From positions 85,190,001 through 85,254,000 of the forward strand of contig NC_058368.1 of the NCBI RefSeq assembly GCF_018350175.1: DNA of 64,000 bases. The letters are read 5' to 3'. Below the pieces are notes generated by a model, which was given only the letters and a program-made list of their open reading frames with translations, made no database searches and was not told the DNA's origin. Each line of letters opens with the position of its first letter. Position 1 is the stretch's first letter. The position numbers were made by a program, and so were the translations under genes. This document shows positions 27,884 through 41,926 of this stretch, in pieces. The stretch is from Felis catus. Lineage: Eukaryota.

Positions 27884-30800
27884 GTTTCCCTCATGATGAA
27901 TACTTTGAACAATTATTGATGTGTCTGTTGTCCATCTGTATGTCTTCTTTGGAAAAAAAATGTCCATTCATGGCTTCTGCCCATTTTTTAATTGTATTAT
28001 TCCTTTTTTTCGGGTGTTGAATTGTACACGTTTTTTATATTTTTTGGATAATAACTCTATCACATTCCTCATTTATAGTTATCTTCTCCAATTATGTAGT
28101 TGTCTTTTAGTTTTGTTGACTATTCCCTTCACTGTGCAGAAGCTTTTTATTTTGATGAAGTCCCAATAGTTTATTGTAGATTTTGTTTCCTTTGCTTCTG
28201 AATACATATCTAGTAAGAATTAGCTATCAGCAGATGTCAAAGTGGTTACTGCCTGCATTCTCCTCTATGATTTTAATGGTTTCATGCCTCACATTTAGGT
28301 CTTTCATACATTTAGAATTTATTTTTTATTATGGTGTAAGAAAGTAGTCCAGATTCATTCTTTTGCAGGTTGTTGTCCAATTTTCTCAACACCATTTGTT
28401 GAAGAGGCTGTCTCTTTTCCGTTGGACATTTTTTCCTACTTTGTCAAATATTAATTATCCATATAGTCATAGGCTCATTTACAGGTTTTCTATTTTGTTC
28501 CATTGATCCATGTGTCTGTTTTGTAAAAGTACCCTACCGTCTTTATGTCTAAAACTTTGTAATATAACTTGATGTTCAGAATTGTGATGCCTTCCACTTT
28601 ACTTTTCTTTTTCAAGATTACTTTGGCTCCCTGGGGTCTTTTGTGGTTCCATAATTTTAGTATTTTAGGATTGTTAGAAATCTGTGAAAACTGCTGGTGG
28701 TATTTTGATAGAGGTTGCATTTAATGTGTAGATTGCTTTGGACGATATAGACATCTTAACAACATTCATTCTTCCAATCCATGAGCATGGATTTTTTTTT
28801 CTAATTCTTTGTGTTACCCTCAATCTTTCATCACTGTTTTATAATTTTCATGGTATAGATCTTTTACCTCTTTGGTTAGGTTTATTCCTATGTATCTCAT
28901 GGTTTTGGTGTAATTGTAAATGGAAGGGATTTCATGATTCCTCTTTCTGTTGCTTCATCAGTGGTGTATAGAAATGTAACAGATTCCTGTACATTGATTT
29001 TGTATCCTGTGAGTTTACTGAATTTGTGTATCATTTCTAGCAATTTTTTGGTGGAGTCTTTTGTTCTTTTTATATAGAGTATCATGTCATCTGCAAATAG
29101 TTAAAAGTTTGACTTCTTCCTTCCCAATTTGGTTACCTTTTATTTATTTTTGTTGTCTCATTGTTGAGACAAGGATTTCCAGTACTATGTTTTAAATAAC
29201 AGTGATAAGAGTGGACGTCTCTGTCTTGTTTCTGACCATAGAGTAAAACCTCTCAGTTTTTCCCCACTGAGGATAATATTAGCTATGGGCTTTCCATATA
29301 TGGCCTTTGTAAAGTTGTGGTATGTCCCCTTTAACCTATCTTGTTGAGGGCTTTAATCATGAATAGATGTTGTACTTTATCAAATTATTTTTCAGCATTT
29401 ACTAAAAGGATTATAGGTTCTTATCTTTTCTTTTATTAATGTGGTATATCTCATTGATTTGCAAATATTGAAATACCCTTGCAGCTTGGGAATATATCCC
29501 ACTTGATTGTGGTGAATGATTCTTTTAATGTACTGTTGGATTCAATATCCTAGTATTTTGTTGAGAATTTTTGCATTCATGTTAATCAGACATATTGGCC
29601 TGTAGTTCTCTTTTTAGCGGAATTTTTGTCTTGTTTTGGGATCAAGGTAATACTGGCCTCACATAATGAGTTTGGAAGTTTTCTTTCCACTTATATTTTT
29701 TTGTTAGTTTCAGAAGACTAGATATTAACACTTCTTTAAATAATTGGTAGAATTCCCCTGTGAAGCCATATGACCCTGGACTTTTGTTTGTTGGTAGGCT
29801 TTTGATTTAGTTTTTCAATTTCTTTGCTGTTTTTTTGTCTGGTCAAGTTTTCTATTTCTTCCTGTTCCAGTCTTGGTAATTTACATGTATCTAGGAATTT
29901 ATCCATTTTTTCCAGGTTGTCCATTTTGTTGGCATATAAGTTTTCATAATATTCTCTGATAATTGTGTCTCTGTGGTGTTTTTGTTAGTTCTCCTCTCTG
30001 ATTTGTGATTTTATTTATTTTGGTCCTTTCTCTTTTCTCTTTGAGAAATATAGATAGAAGTTTAACAATTTTATTCATTTTTTTTCCAAAGAACTAGATC
30101 CTGGCTTCCTTGATCTGTTCTTTGTTTTTTTTTGTTTTTGTTTTTGTTTTTGTTTTTGTTTTTGTTTTTAGTTTCTACATCATTGATTTCTGCTCTAATA
30201 TTCATCATTACCCTTCTTCTACTGCCTTTAGGTTTAATTTGTTGTTTTTCTAGTTTCTTTAGGTGTAAGGTCAGGTTGTTTGAGATTTTTCTTGCTTCTT
30301 GAAGTATACCTGTATTGCTATATACTTCCCTCTTATGACCCTTTCTTAATCCCAAAGGTTTTGGGTGGTCAACTTTTCATTCTAATTTGTTTCCATGCAT
30401 TTTAAAAATTTATTCTTTGATTTCATTGTAGACCCATTTATTCTTTAGTTGCACGTTGTTTAACCACCATATATTTGTGGTCTTTCTGAATATTTTCTTG
30501 TGGCAAGTTTCATAACATTGTGGTCCCAAAAATATACATGGTATAATCTCAGTATTTTTGTACTTGGTGAGGCCTGATTAGTGACCTAGTATGTGATCTA
30601 TTCTGAAAAATGTTCCATGGGTACTTGCAAAGAATTTGTATTCTGCTGCTTTTGGGTGAAATGTTCTGAATATATCTGTTAAGTCCATATGGTCAGTGTG
30701 TCATTGAAAGCCACTTTTCTCCTAGTTGATTTTCTGCTTAGATGTTCTATCCATTGTCATAAGTGTGGTGTTAAAGTCCTCTACTATTTTAATACTGTCA

Positions 30801-33624
30801 GTGAGTTCCTTTATGTTTGTGATTAATTTATTTATATATTTGGACACTTCAAGTTGGGGCATAAATATTTATAACTGCTAGATCTTCTTATTGGATAGTC
30901 CCCTTTATTATGATACAGTGTCCTTCTTTATCTCTTGTTATAGACTTGGTTTAAAATTGAGTTTGTCTGATATAAATGTTGCTACTCTGGTTTTTATTTT
31001 ATGACCATTTGCATGATAAATGTTTCTCTATCACCTTAATTTCAATCTGCAGGTGTCTTTAGTATCTAAAATGAGTCTCTTGTAGGTAGCATATAGTTGT
31101 ATCTTCTTTTTGTTTTTGTTTTTGTGTTTTATTTCCCATTGTGCTACTCTATATCTTTTGATTGGAGCATTTAATCCATTTACATTCAGAGTAATTACTA
31201 ACAGATATGTATTTAGTGCCATTTTAGTATTTGTTTTGTCATTGTTTTTGGAGATTTTCTCTTTTCCTTTCTTGTGTTTGTTACTTTTGGTATTTCCTTT
31301 CCACTCAAAGAACCCCCTCTAATATTTCTTGTAGGGCTTGTTTAATTTAATGGTCATGAACTCCTTTAGTTTCATGAACTCCTTTAGTTTCTGGGAAACT
31401 TTATCTCTCCTATTCTGAAAGATAGCCTTGATGGATATCTGTATTCTTGGCTACAGATTTTTTTTTCCCCATTCAGCACACTGAATATATCACACCACTG
31501 CTTTCCAGCCTGACATGTTTCTGTCGAGAGATCTTTAGCTAGCTTTGTGGGTCTTCCCTTGTCAGTTAAGGAATTATTTTGTCTTTCTGCTTTTAAGATT
31601 TTTTTCTTTGTCACTATATTTTGTGATTTAATTACAATATATCTTGATGTTGGCCTGCTTTTGTTGATTTTGATGGGAATTCTCTGTGGATGCCTGTTTC
31701 ATTTTATAGATTAAGTAAATTTTCAGTTATTATTTCCCCAAATAAATTTTCTTTTCCTTTTTCTCTCTTCTCCCTCTTTTGGGACTCCTTTGACATGAAT
31801 GTTATGATGTTTTATGTAGTCATTGAGTTCCCCAAGTCTATTCTCCTGTTCCATAATTCTTCATTTTCTTTTGTTCAGCTTCAATTATATTGTCTTCTAT
31901 ATCACTTATTGCACTGAGTCTGTTTTGAATTTGTTATTGCATTTTTCATTTGTTTTTTCTTAACTATTTTATCTCTGCAGTAAGGGCCTCCCTGAAGTAT
32001 CCCATTCTTTTTTGCAGCCTGACAAGTATCCTTATGATTGCTACTTTAAATTATCCATCAGGCATATCACTTATATCTGTTTTACTTAGATATCTGTCCA
32101 TGACCTCATCTTACTGTTTTCTTGGGATGAACTCCTATGTCTTGACATTTTGTCTAAGTCTCTGTCTTCTGTGTGTTAGAAAAGCCAGTTACGTTTCCTG
32201 TTTCTGAGAGTAATGGCTTTATGACGAAGAGGTCTTATAATCTTCAGAGCCTAGTGCTTCAGTGAGTGTCTCTGGTGTTTGCTGTCTGCATTCTGCTGCT
32301 GTGTTTTGGTCAGTCATCTGCAGAGGTCAATGTTTCGACCTTGGGCAGTGTGGTGAGTTTTAAATAGGTGTGCTGTGGTCTGCTTGTTGAGTATTGATGA
32401 TACTTCCACTAGAACTAAAGCCTTACAGAACTCTCTGGTCACAGATGTGTTGTGCATGAGAGTTTCTGCTAGTCTTCTAGGGAAGGATGCACTTCACTGG
32501 GACTTAGGCACATTTGCTGAGAAGAGCAGTAGCATCAGAGCACATGAGGGTGGGACTTGGTATAATCAGGTTAGAAAGCCAGTATTGGTGCTGTGTACTG
32601 AAGTTGATTTATGCTGGAGGGAGGGGAGGGAAATGCATAAGCCAGCTCCTTTGTCCAGGGTGAGGTATCTCAGCACTTGCTGTTCTTAGGGAAGCACTCC
32701 TAGCAGAGATAATAATCTCCCCCTCATGTGTCCCATGCATTTTTCGGATCTCCATTTTCATGTTGTTTGTCTATTGGCTGTTTACCTGGAAGGAGCAACA
32801 CAGTGCTTATTGGACTGTATCCCAGCCAAACCTGCTGATCCTTAAAACTCCAAACTCATTGGACATGTTGTGGCAAGGGCCAGTGCTGATCTTCTGGGGG
32901 ACGGTTTAATCAGGCTGGGACCAACACAGGTTTGACCAAGAAGTGAAGTTTCACCAGAGTACAGTGGCATGGGACCTCCAGCAAGCAAGCTAGGCATCAG
33001 TGTCAGGGTTAGCTGTTCTCGGCAGGTGTTTCTGAATCTATGCTGGGTGGAGGGAAATGGTGCCTGTGGGCTCCTTTGTCTCAGAAAGACATCTCTTTAA
33101 ATGCCACCTCTCAAATATGTGCTCCAGGAATATGTGAACAATGTCTACCCTGGGAATCTTACACACTTCTCCTTGCCATCTTCCACAGGCTTTCTCTCCA
33201 GGAGTAGGGCAGCACCCTCAGGGCTCTATCCAAACCATGTTCACTAACCTTTAAAACTCCAGGCTTTAAGCTCATCTGGTTGTCAGACCTCACAAAAATC
33301 AGCTCCTCTCATTTTCCCAGTCAATGGCTTTGAGGAAATGTTCTCCTTGTGCATTCCAATGCAGACTCTATTCCCTCTTACCCTTCTCCACAACAACGGT
33401 TCCTTCTGATCTGCACCCTGGAAATCCATTTTCCCCCTAAAACACATCTCCACACTTCCTATGTCCTACAATGTGTCTTCTTCATTCCCTTTAGTTGTAT
33501 GGTTTGTTCTGACAGTCTTCAGGTTGATTTCTGGGGTCTTTGGAATGATTTGATAATTATCTAGTTGTGTTGGTGGGAGGAGATGAGCCTAGGGTTCTCC
33601 TACCTGGCTGCCATCTTCTCTTCC
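27884..33624 (-). mobile_element. Carnivore L1, antisense: 5'UTR, ORF1 and most of ORF2 (degenerate), lacking its 3' end in this orientation
   Basis: Minus-strand ORF fragments match L1 ORF2: MALNTYLLVITLNVNGLNAPIKR (endonuclease start), [12 protein letters not shown] and [15 protein letters not shown]. The 5' end 'gccatcttctcttcc' is at ~33610-33624. Confidence 0.92.
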
Positions 33625-33631
33625 TAATAAA

Positions 33632-33840
33632 AAGAATCTTAAAAACAGAGAACAAACTGATGGTTACAAGAGGGGAGGTTGGTGGGGTTTGGGTGAAATA
33701 GATAAAGGGGATTAGGATTACAATTTTCTTGATGAACGTTGAGAAATGTATAGAATTGGTGAATCAGTATATTGTACATATGTAACTAATACAACACTAT
33801 ATTTTAATTACATGTGAATAAAAATGAATAAGTAAATACA
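33632..33840 (+). mobile_element. Short 5'-truncated L1 3'UTR insertion
   Basis: L1 3' text 'acagagaacaaactgatggttac...' ending in an A-rich tail; candidate TSD 'taataaa' at 33625 and 33841. Confidence 0.7.
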
Positions 33841-33890
33841 TAATAAATATCATTAATCATCCAGGATATCATATCAAGACTACAGTGAGA

Positions 33891-36800
33891 GGAAGATGGT
33901 GGTGTAGGAGGACACTGGGCTCAACTCATCCTGCTGATCCACTCACATCTTAGATTCCACCCACATCTGCCTAAATAACCCAGAAAACTGCCAGAAGACT
34001 AGAAGAATGGACTCTCGCAGGCAAGCATAGAAAAGAGGCCCATGGAAGAGGGTAGGAAGGGCGGACAGGCGGTGTGTGCTACACGGACTGGCGGGAGGGA
34101 GCCAGGGAGGTGCAGGGGCAGCCGACTGGGCAAGGCAGAGCCCCTGAACTCTGGCTTGCAAAAGCTGAGGGGTCAAACTCTGAGTTCTGACAGCTAGTGG
34201 GACTTAACATCTGGAATGTTCAAAGTCAATAGCTCTGCTCTTGGAGTGCGGGGAGGGTGAGTGGACAACAGGAGGGAGAGTCGTTGAGCCCTAGAAGACA
34301 GAGGTCAGCTCGGCAGGGGAACAAAGGCCTTGAAAAGCTCCACCTCCCTCTCCCATCCCCAGTTGAAATTCCAAAGGGAACCAGTTCCTGTCACCTAACT
34401 TGCTTGCACCACACAAACACCCAATGCTGGGCTTCTGTGGATCCATCCCTCTGATGGGTCAGCCTCTCTCAAGGTGCTGCAGGGCCCCTCCCCCAGGGGA
34501 GCTCCTACAGCAAAGGGAGCTAAACCTGCCCCTTCTGCCTCTATGCACTTTGTGGATCCACCCTGGCTAATACACCAGATCCCATCAAAGCAGCACCAAA
34601 AGCCTTGCGGTCTGCAAGTAGCCCAGACAGGGGCCACACCACTCCACAGTGAGTCCTGCTTGTAGGAGAGGGGAAAATAAGGTACACACCAGTCTGTCTG
34701 TGGCCCAAGCAGTGGGCTGGGGGTAGACATCAGGTCTGTGGCCCCACCCACAAACACAAGTTACTCCTGACAGCACAGGGGAAGTACCCTGCAGTTTGGA
34801 GCCACCTCAGGGACTACCCAAAATGAAGAAACAGAAGAATGAGGAGAACCTCAAAATAAACTCCAGGAAGTAGCGACAGCTAATGAATTGATCAAAAATG
34901 ATTTAAGCAATATAATGGAACAAGAATTTGGAATAACAGTCATAAAATTAATCACTCTGCTTGAAAAAAGCATAAAAGATATCAGAGAATTTATTGCTAC
35001 AGAGATCAAGGGACTAAGAAATAGTCATCAGGAGCTAAAATATGCTATAAATGAGGTGCAAAATAAAATGGAGGTGGCCATAGCACAGACTGAAGAGGCA
35101 GAGGAGAGAATAGGTGAATTAGAAGTTGAAATTATGGAAAAAGAGGAAACTGAGAAAAAGAGAGTTAAAAAAGTCCAGGAGTATGAGGGGAGAATTAGAG
35201 AACTAAGTGATGCAATCAAACTGAACAATATCCGTATCATAGAAATTCCAGAAGAGCCCCCAAATATATAAAACAATTAATCACAAACATAAGCAACCTT
35301 AGTGATAAGAATGTGGTAATGGTAGGGGACTTTAATACCCCACTTACAACAATAGATAGATCATCTAGTCACAAGATCAATAAAGAAACAAGGGCCCTGA
35401 ATGATACATTGGATCAGATGGACTTGACAGGTATATTTAGAACTCTGCATCCCAAAGCAACAGAATATACTTTCCTCTCAACTGCACATGGAACATTCTC
35501 CAAGATAGATCATATACTGGGTCACAAAACAGCCCTTCATAAGAATAGAATAATTGAGATCATACCATGCACTCTTTCAGACCACAATGCTATGAAACTT
35601 GAAATCAACCATAGGAAAAAGTTTGGAAAACCTCAAAGTCATGGAAGCTAAATATCACCCTATTAAAGAATGAATGGGTCAACCAGGCAATTAGAGAAGA
35701 AATTTAAAAATATATGAAAACAAATGAAAATGAAAATTTAACAATCCAATTACTTTGGGATGCAGTGAAGGCAGTCCTGAGAGGAAAATACATTGCAATC
35801 CAGGTCTATCTCAAGAAACAAGAAAAATCCAAAATACAGAATCTAACAGCACACCTAAAGGAACTAGAAGCAGAACAGCAAAGACACCGCAAACACAGCA
35901 GAAGAGAAATAACAAAGATCAGAGCAGAAATAAACAATATACAATCTAAAAAAAACTGTAGAGCAGATCAATGAAACCAAGAGTTGGTTTTCTGAAAAAT
36001 TAACAAAACTGATAAACCTCTAGCCAGGCTTCTCAAAAAGAAAAGGGAGATGACCCAAATAGATAAAATCATGAATGAAAATGGAATTATTACAACCAAT
36101 CCCTCAGAAATACAAGCAAATATCAGGGAATGCTATGAAAAACTATATGCCAACAAACTGGACAACCTGGTAGAAATGGACAAATTCCTAAGCACCCATA
36201 CACTTCCAAAACTCAAACAGGAAGAAATAGAATACTTGAACAGACCCATAACCAGCAAAGAAATTGAATCAATTATCCAAAATCTCCCAACAAATTAGAG
36301 TCCGGGACCAGAAGGCTTTCCTGGGGAATTCTACAAGACAATTAAAGCAGAGATAATACCAGGCCTTCCAAAGATGTTCCAAAAAATAGAAAGGGAAGGA
36401 AAACTTCCAGACTCATTCTATGAAGCCAGCATTACTTTGATTCCTAAACCAGACAGATACCCAGCAAGAAAAAGAGAACTACAGGCCAATATTCCTGATG
36501 AATATGGATGCAAAAATTCTCCATAAGATAGTAGCAAATCAAATTAAACAGCATATAAAAATAATTATTCACCATGATTAAGTGGGATTCATTCCTGGGC
36601 TGCAGAGCTGGTTCAAAATTCACAAATCAATCAATAGGATACATCACATTAATAAAAGAAAAGAACCATATGATCCTGTCAATCGATGCAGAAAAAGCAT
36701 TTGACAAAATTCAGCATCCTTTCTTAATAAAAACCCTCAATAAAGTTGGGATAAAAGGAACATACTTAAACATCATAGAAAACATTTATGAAAAGCCCAC

Positions 36801-38713
36801 AGCTAATATCATCCTCAATGGGGAAAAACTGAGACCTTTCCCCTGAGATCAGGTACACGACAGGGATGTCCACTCTCACCACTGTGGTTTAACATAGTGT
36901 TGGAAGTTCTAGCATCAGCAATAAGGCAACAAAAGGAAATCAAAGGCATCAAAATTGGCAAAGATGAAATCAAGCATTCACTGGTTGCAGATGATATGAT
37001 ATTATACACGGAAAACCAGATGGACTCCGCCAAAAGTGTGCTAGAACTGATACATGAATTCAGCAAAATTGCAGGATACAAAATCAATGTACAGAAATCA
37101 GCTGCATTCTTATACACTAAAAATGAAGCAGCATAGAGACAAATTAAAAAACTGATCCCATTCACAATGACACCAAGAATTATAAAATACCTAGGAATAA
37201 ATCTAACCAAAGATGTAAAAGATCTGTATGCTGAAAACTATAGAAAGCTTATGAATGAAATTGAAGAAGATATAAAGAGATGGAAAAACATTCCATGTTC
37301 ATGGATTGGAAGAATAAATATTGTTACAATGTCAATACTACTCAAAGCTATCTACACATTCAATGCAATCCCAATCAAAATTGCACCAGCATTTTTCTCA
37401 AAGCTAGAACAAGCAATCCTAAAATTTGTATGGAATATCAAAAGACCCCGAATAGCCAAAGTAATATTGAAGAAGACCAATGCAGGAGGCATCACAATCC
37501 CAGACTAGAGCCTCTAGTACAAAGCTGTAATCATCAAGAGAGCATGGTATTGGCACAGAAACAGACACATAGACCAATGGAATAGAATACAGACTGCAGA
37601 ATTGGACCCACAAAAGTATGGCCAACTAACCTTTGACAAATCAGGAAAGAATATCCAATGGAAAAAAAGACAGTCTCTTTAACAAATGGTGCTGGGAGAA
37701 CTGGACAGCAACATAGAGAAGAATGAAACTAGACCACTTTCTTACACCATTCACAAAAATAAACTCAGAATGGATAAAGGGCCTGAATGTGAGACAGGAA
37801 ACCATCCAAACACTAGAGGAGAAAGAAAAGAAAAAAAAAACAAAACAAAACAAAAAAACAACAAAAAAAAAACCTCTCTGACCTCAGCCGCAGCAATTGC
37901 TTACTTGACATATCTCCAAAGGCAAGGGAATTAAAAGCAATAATGAACTATTGGGACCTCATCAAGATAAAAAGTTTCTGCACTGCAAAGGAAACTATCA
38001 ACAAAACAAAAAGGCAACCAATGGAATGGGAAAAGATATTTGCAAATGACATATCAGACAAAGGGCTAGTTCCAAAATCTATAAAGAACTCACCAAACTC
38101 CACACTCAAAACAAATAATCCAGTGAAGAAATGGGCAGAAAACATGAATAGACACTTCTCTAAAGAAGACATCCGGATGACCAACAGGCACATGAAAAGA
38201 TGCTCAACATCGCTCCGTGTCAGGGAAATACAAATCAAAACCACACTGAGATACCACCTTACACCAGTCAGAGTGGCTAAAGTAAACAAATCAGGAGACT
38301 ATAGATACTGGAGAGGATGTGGAGAATTGGGAACCCTTTTGCATTGTTGGTGGGAATGCAAACTGGTGCAGCCACTCTGGAAAACAGTGTGGAGGTTCCT
38401 CAAAACATTAAAAATAGATCTACCCTATGTCCCAACAGTAGCACTGCTAGGAATTTACCCAAGGGATACAGAAGTGCTGATGCACAGGGGTTCTTGTACC
38501 CCAATGTTTATAGCAGCATTTTCAACAATAGCCAAATTATGGAAAGAGCGTAAATGTCCATCAACTGATGAATGGATAAAGAAATTGTGGTTTATATACA
38601 CAATAAAATACTACTTGGCAATGAGAAAGGATGAAATATGGCCGTTTGTAGCAACGTGGATGGAACTGGATATTGTTATGCTAGGTGAAATAAGTCATAC
38701 AGAGAAAGACAGA

Positions 38714-38756
<43 letters not shown>

Positions 38757-38990
38757 CTCTTATGTGGATCCTGAGAAACTTAACAGAAGACCATGGGGGA
38801 GGGGAAGGAAAAAAAAAGTTAGAGAAGGAGGGAGCCAAACCATAAGAGACTCTTAAAAAGTGAGAATAAACTGACGGTGATGAGAGTGGGAGGGAGGGGA
38901 CGGTGGGTCATAGGCATTGAGGAGGGCACCTGCTGGGATGAGCACTGGATGTTGTATGGAACCGAATTTGACAATAAATTTCATTAAAAA
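33891..38990 (+). mobile_element. Feline-type L1 with both ends and an internal ORF1/ORF2 deletion; inactive
   Basis: 5'UTR starts 'ggaagatggtggtgtaggaggac'. Contains the ORF1 N-half, then ORF2 fragments ([49 protein letters not shown]), the 3'UTR and a short A tail. 15-bp TSD with 1 mismatch: 'aagactacagtgaga' 33876-33890 / 'aagactaccgtgaga' 38991-39005. Confidence 0.96.
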
Positions 38991-39005
38991 AAGACTACCG
39001 TGAGA

Positions 39006-40107
39006 TATCACCTTATACCTTTTAGAATGAATCAAATCAAAAAGAAAAGAAATAAGAGCTGGCAAGGCTGTGGAGGAAAAGCAGCCCTTGTGCACTATTG
39101 TGGGAATGTAAACTGGGGCAGCCACTGGTGGATTCGGTGCGGAGGTTCTTCAAAAAATTCAAAATAGGGATACCATATGTTCCATCAATCCCACTGCTGT
39201 GTATTTACACAAAGAAAAGTCCTAATTCAAAAAGACAGAGTCACCCTATGTTTGTACAAGCATTATTTATAATACTCAAGAAGTAGGGGTGCTGGGTGGC
39301 ATAGCTGATTGAGCATCTGACTCTTGATTTCAGCCCAGGTCACGATCCCAGGGTTGTGGGACTGAGTCCCACATCAGGCTCTGCAATGAGCATGGAGCTT
39401 GCTTAAGATCCTTTCTCTCTCTCTCTCTCTCTCCCTCTCTCACTCTTTTTCTCTCTCTCTCCCACCTTTTCCTCTCACTAATACACACTCTCTCTATAAA
39501 ATAAAAAAAATAGTCAAGATATAGAAACAACCCAAGTGTCGACTGATAAATGATAAAGCAGATGTGTGTACATACAGTAGAATATTAGTTAGGCATAAAA
39601 AAGAATGAGAGCTTCCCATTTGAAAAACACGGATGGATCTAGTATGTATCCTACTAAGTGACTTAATCAGAAGAGAGAGAGCAAATATCATGATTTCATT
39701 TATATGTGAAATCTAACAAACAAAATAAATGAACAAAGAAACCAAGAAACAAAAGCCAGACTGCTAAAAATAGAGAACTGGTGGTTGCCACTGGGAAGGT
39801 GGGGGTGAGGAATGGATAAAATAGATAAAAAGGATTAAGATGTGCAAACTTCCAATCCAGAAGTACTGTACTTAACACAAGTAGGTCAGGGGGATGAAAA
39901 GTACGGCATAGGAAATGTAGTCAATGATACTGTATGAACACTGTATGGTGACAGACTATGACTACACGTATTGTGGTGAGCATTGTGTGATGTGGGAATC
40001 ATTGCATCAACATGTTGTATTCTTGAAATTCATACAACATTGTCTGTTAATTATACTTCATTTAGAATAAATAAAATAATAATAAAAGATAAAAAATTAA
40101 AAAAAAA
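39006..40107 (+). mobile_element. 3' end (ORF2 C-terminus, 3'UTR, A tail) of an older carnivore L1; continues from 33849-33890
   Basis: WECKLGQPLV motif, typical L1 3'UTR and A-rich tail at 40066-40107; interrupted by a SINE. Confidence 0.85.
39286..39508 (+). mobile_element. Carnivore SINE nested in L1
   Basis: SINE head and CT tract; TSD-like 'aatactcaaga' / 'aatagtcaaga'. Confidence 0.9.
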
Positions 40108-40198
40108 TCAACCTGGGACTAATTTAGGTCGAATTGCTTAGTATCTCTCTCCCATTGTATTTCAAGGCCAGTGTGTGGACATGCTATACTTCTTGTTC

Positions 40199-40411
40199 TT
40201 TTTTTTTTAAGTTTATTTATTTATTTTGAGAGTGAAAGAGACAACATGAGTGGGTAAGGACAGAGAGAGGGAGACAGAGAGACAATCCCAAGCAGGCTCT
40301 GCACTGCCAGCAGAGTCTGACACAGGGTTAGAACCCACAAAATCGTAAGATCATGACCTGAACTGAAATCAAGAGTCAGGCGCTTAACTGACTGAGCCAC
40401 CCAGGTGCCCC
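40199..40411 (-). mobile_element. Carnivore SINE
   Basis: Antisense body; TSD-like 'cttgttctt'. Confidence 0.9.
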
Positions 40412-41926
40412 ACTCCTTGTTCTTAATGCTGCTGAGAATATTTTTCTCCCACTCTATTTTGGAAACATCTTTTAAGTTTCATGTTAGGGAAGTACAAACT
40501 AAATCATCCCTCACTGAAACTATTCACTTAACTACCTAGTCTCCCTTATAGATGACACCTGTGTTTTTGTTTGTTTGTTTGTTTTATATCTAAGTCTGCC
40601 ATTTGGTCTCACCAATTTGACAACACATCAGGTCTTTGACTCTTTCCTGTAATGTGATTTTTTTAATCTCACTTGTCCCTAATCATATTTTGCACTTTGT
40701 TGTCATCTATAATGGAACCATATGAAATTGCAAATTTGGTTAGCCATACTATTAAGTATGACATTGTATCAGTCCCTATAGCTCAAAAAGCTATGACAAC
40801 AGCAATTTTTAAATTTTAACTTGTATCTCATTGTTTGCTCTTTGCCATCGGAGACTCTAATATCTGTCACTCCTTTTCCCTTATCTCCAACTACCTGGAC
40901 AGATCTAACCTGCCTTTCAACATATGTGTCAGATTCTAAACTACAGGCTTAGTGATCTTAAACCAAAGACAAACAGGTAGGACAAGGTCATAATAAGTTG
41001 ATCATATCCTACTCCCTAGATACTAAATTTGATGCCAAATCCACCTATGACTTTAGTCAGTTGTCAATTCCAATTTGCAAAAGGACTATGAAATGCCTTT
41101 GACATATTCTTCAAAACCTATCCTCACTTTTTATAGTAAAAAAATCTGATGGCATTATCCTGGACTTAAAAACTGAAATGTAATCAAGATAAGTTCCCAT
41201 GTGAGATCTTGCACATTGTCTGGCCTCTTTTTCTTTAAATGCTCATCAGATTGCAATGATCCTGTCTCTTTCCCTCCTACAGTAAATGCTTTTCTTATTG
41301 AATCTTGATATGTCCAGTTTCCCTAGTTCCCTTCCATTTTAGTCTCAGACTATCAATGATACAGATTTTTGTCCACTAGTGGATGGACACTTCCCACAAA
41401 TGTTCAAAGTTACTCAGACAATAAATTTTACCATCTAACAAAAATACACATACCCCATTAACATCCCACCTTTTCTCACCTCTTCACAAATGCTTTTTTC
41501 AGGGTAATTTTGCTTTCATGCACAAATGCTTCTCTTTCTTTATAAAACCATTCCCTCTACCATCATTGTATGGTGTGCACCCTCCTCAGGCCAAAAACTC
41601 CACCCTTTCCAGGAAAACACTAACTCTGTGTTGAGAACTTTTACGAAAAATTTTCAGTCCTCACTTTCCATACATAATGCCTTTTCCTTTTGAGACCTCT
41701 CTCATCCCTTAGAAGAATATGCTTAACCACCTTATAAATGTTCTACTTCTGTGACTGTTCTTTCTTATTCCCCCCATCTTTTTTTTTTGTTCCTCTCCCA
41801 TAACTTAAAATTCATATTTTGAATTCCCTCTGTGCTTGCTCATTTATTTGTGTTATACTCTTTTGCTGAGAAATTTTCTTTATCCCCATATTTTCAATTA
41901 CCATCTATATGTTAAAATCTTCCACA

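Noticed and set aside
31354..31391. Short direct repeats ('catgaactcctttagttt' x2; similar ones at ~5790 and ~46240) as a possible array
   Set aside because: Only two-copy local slippage duplications; no repeat-spacer array, and the DNA is mammalian, so CRISPR is not applicable.
37943..38845. 300-aa ORF, second longest in the window
   Set aside because: It is the L1 ORF2 C-terminal region; YIYIYI comes from a (TA)n insertion. Not a host gene, and upstream ORF2 is broken.
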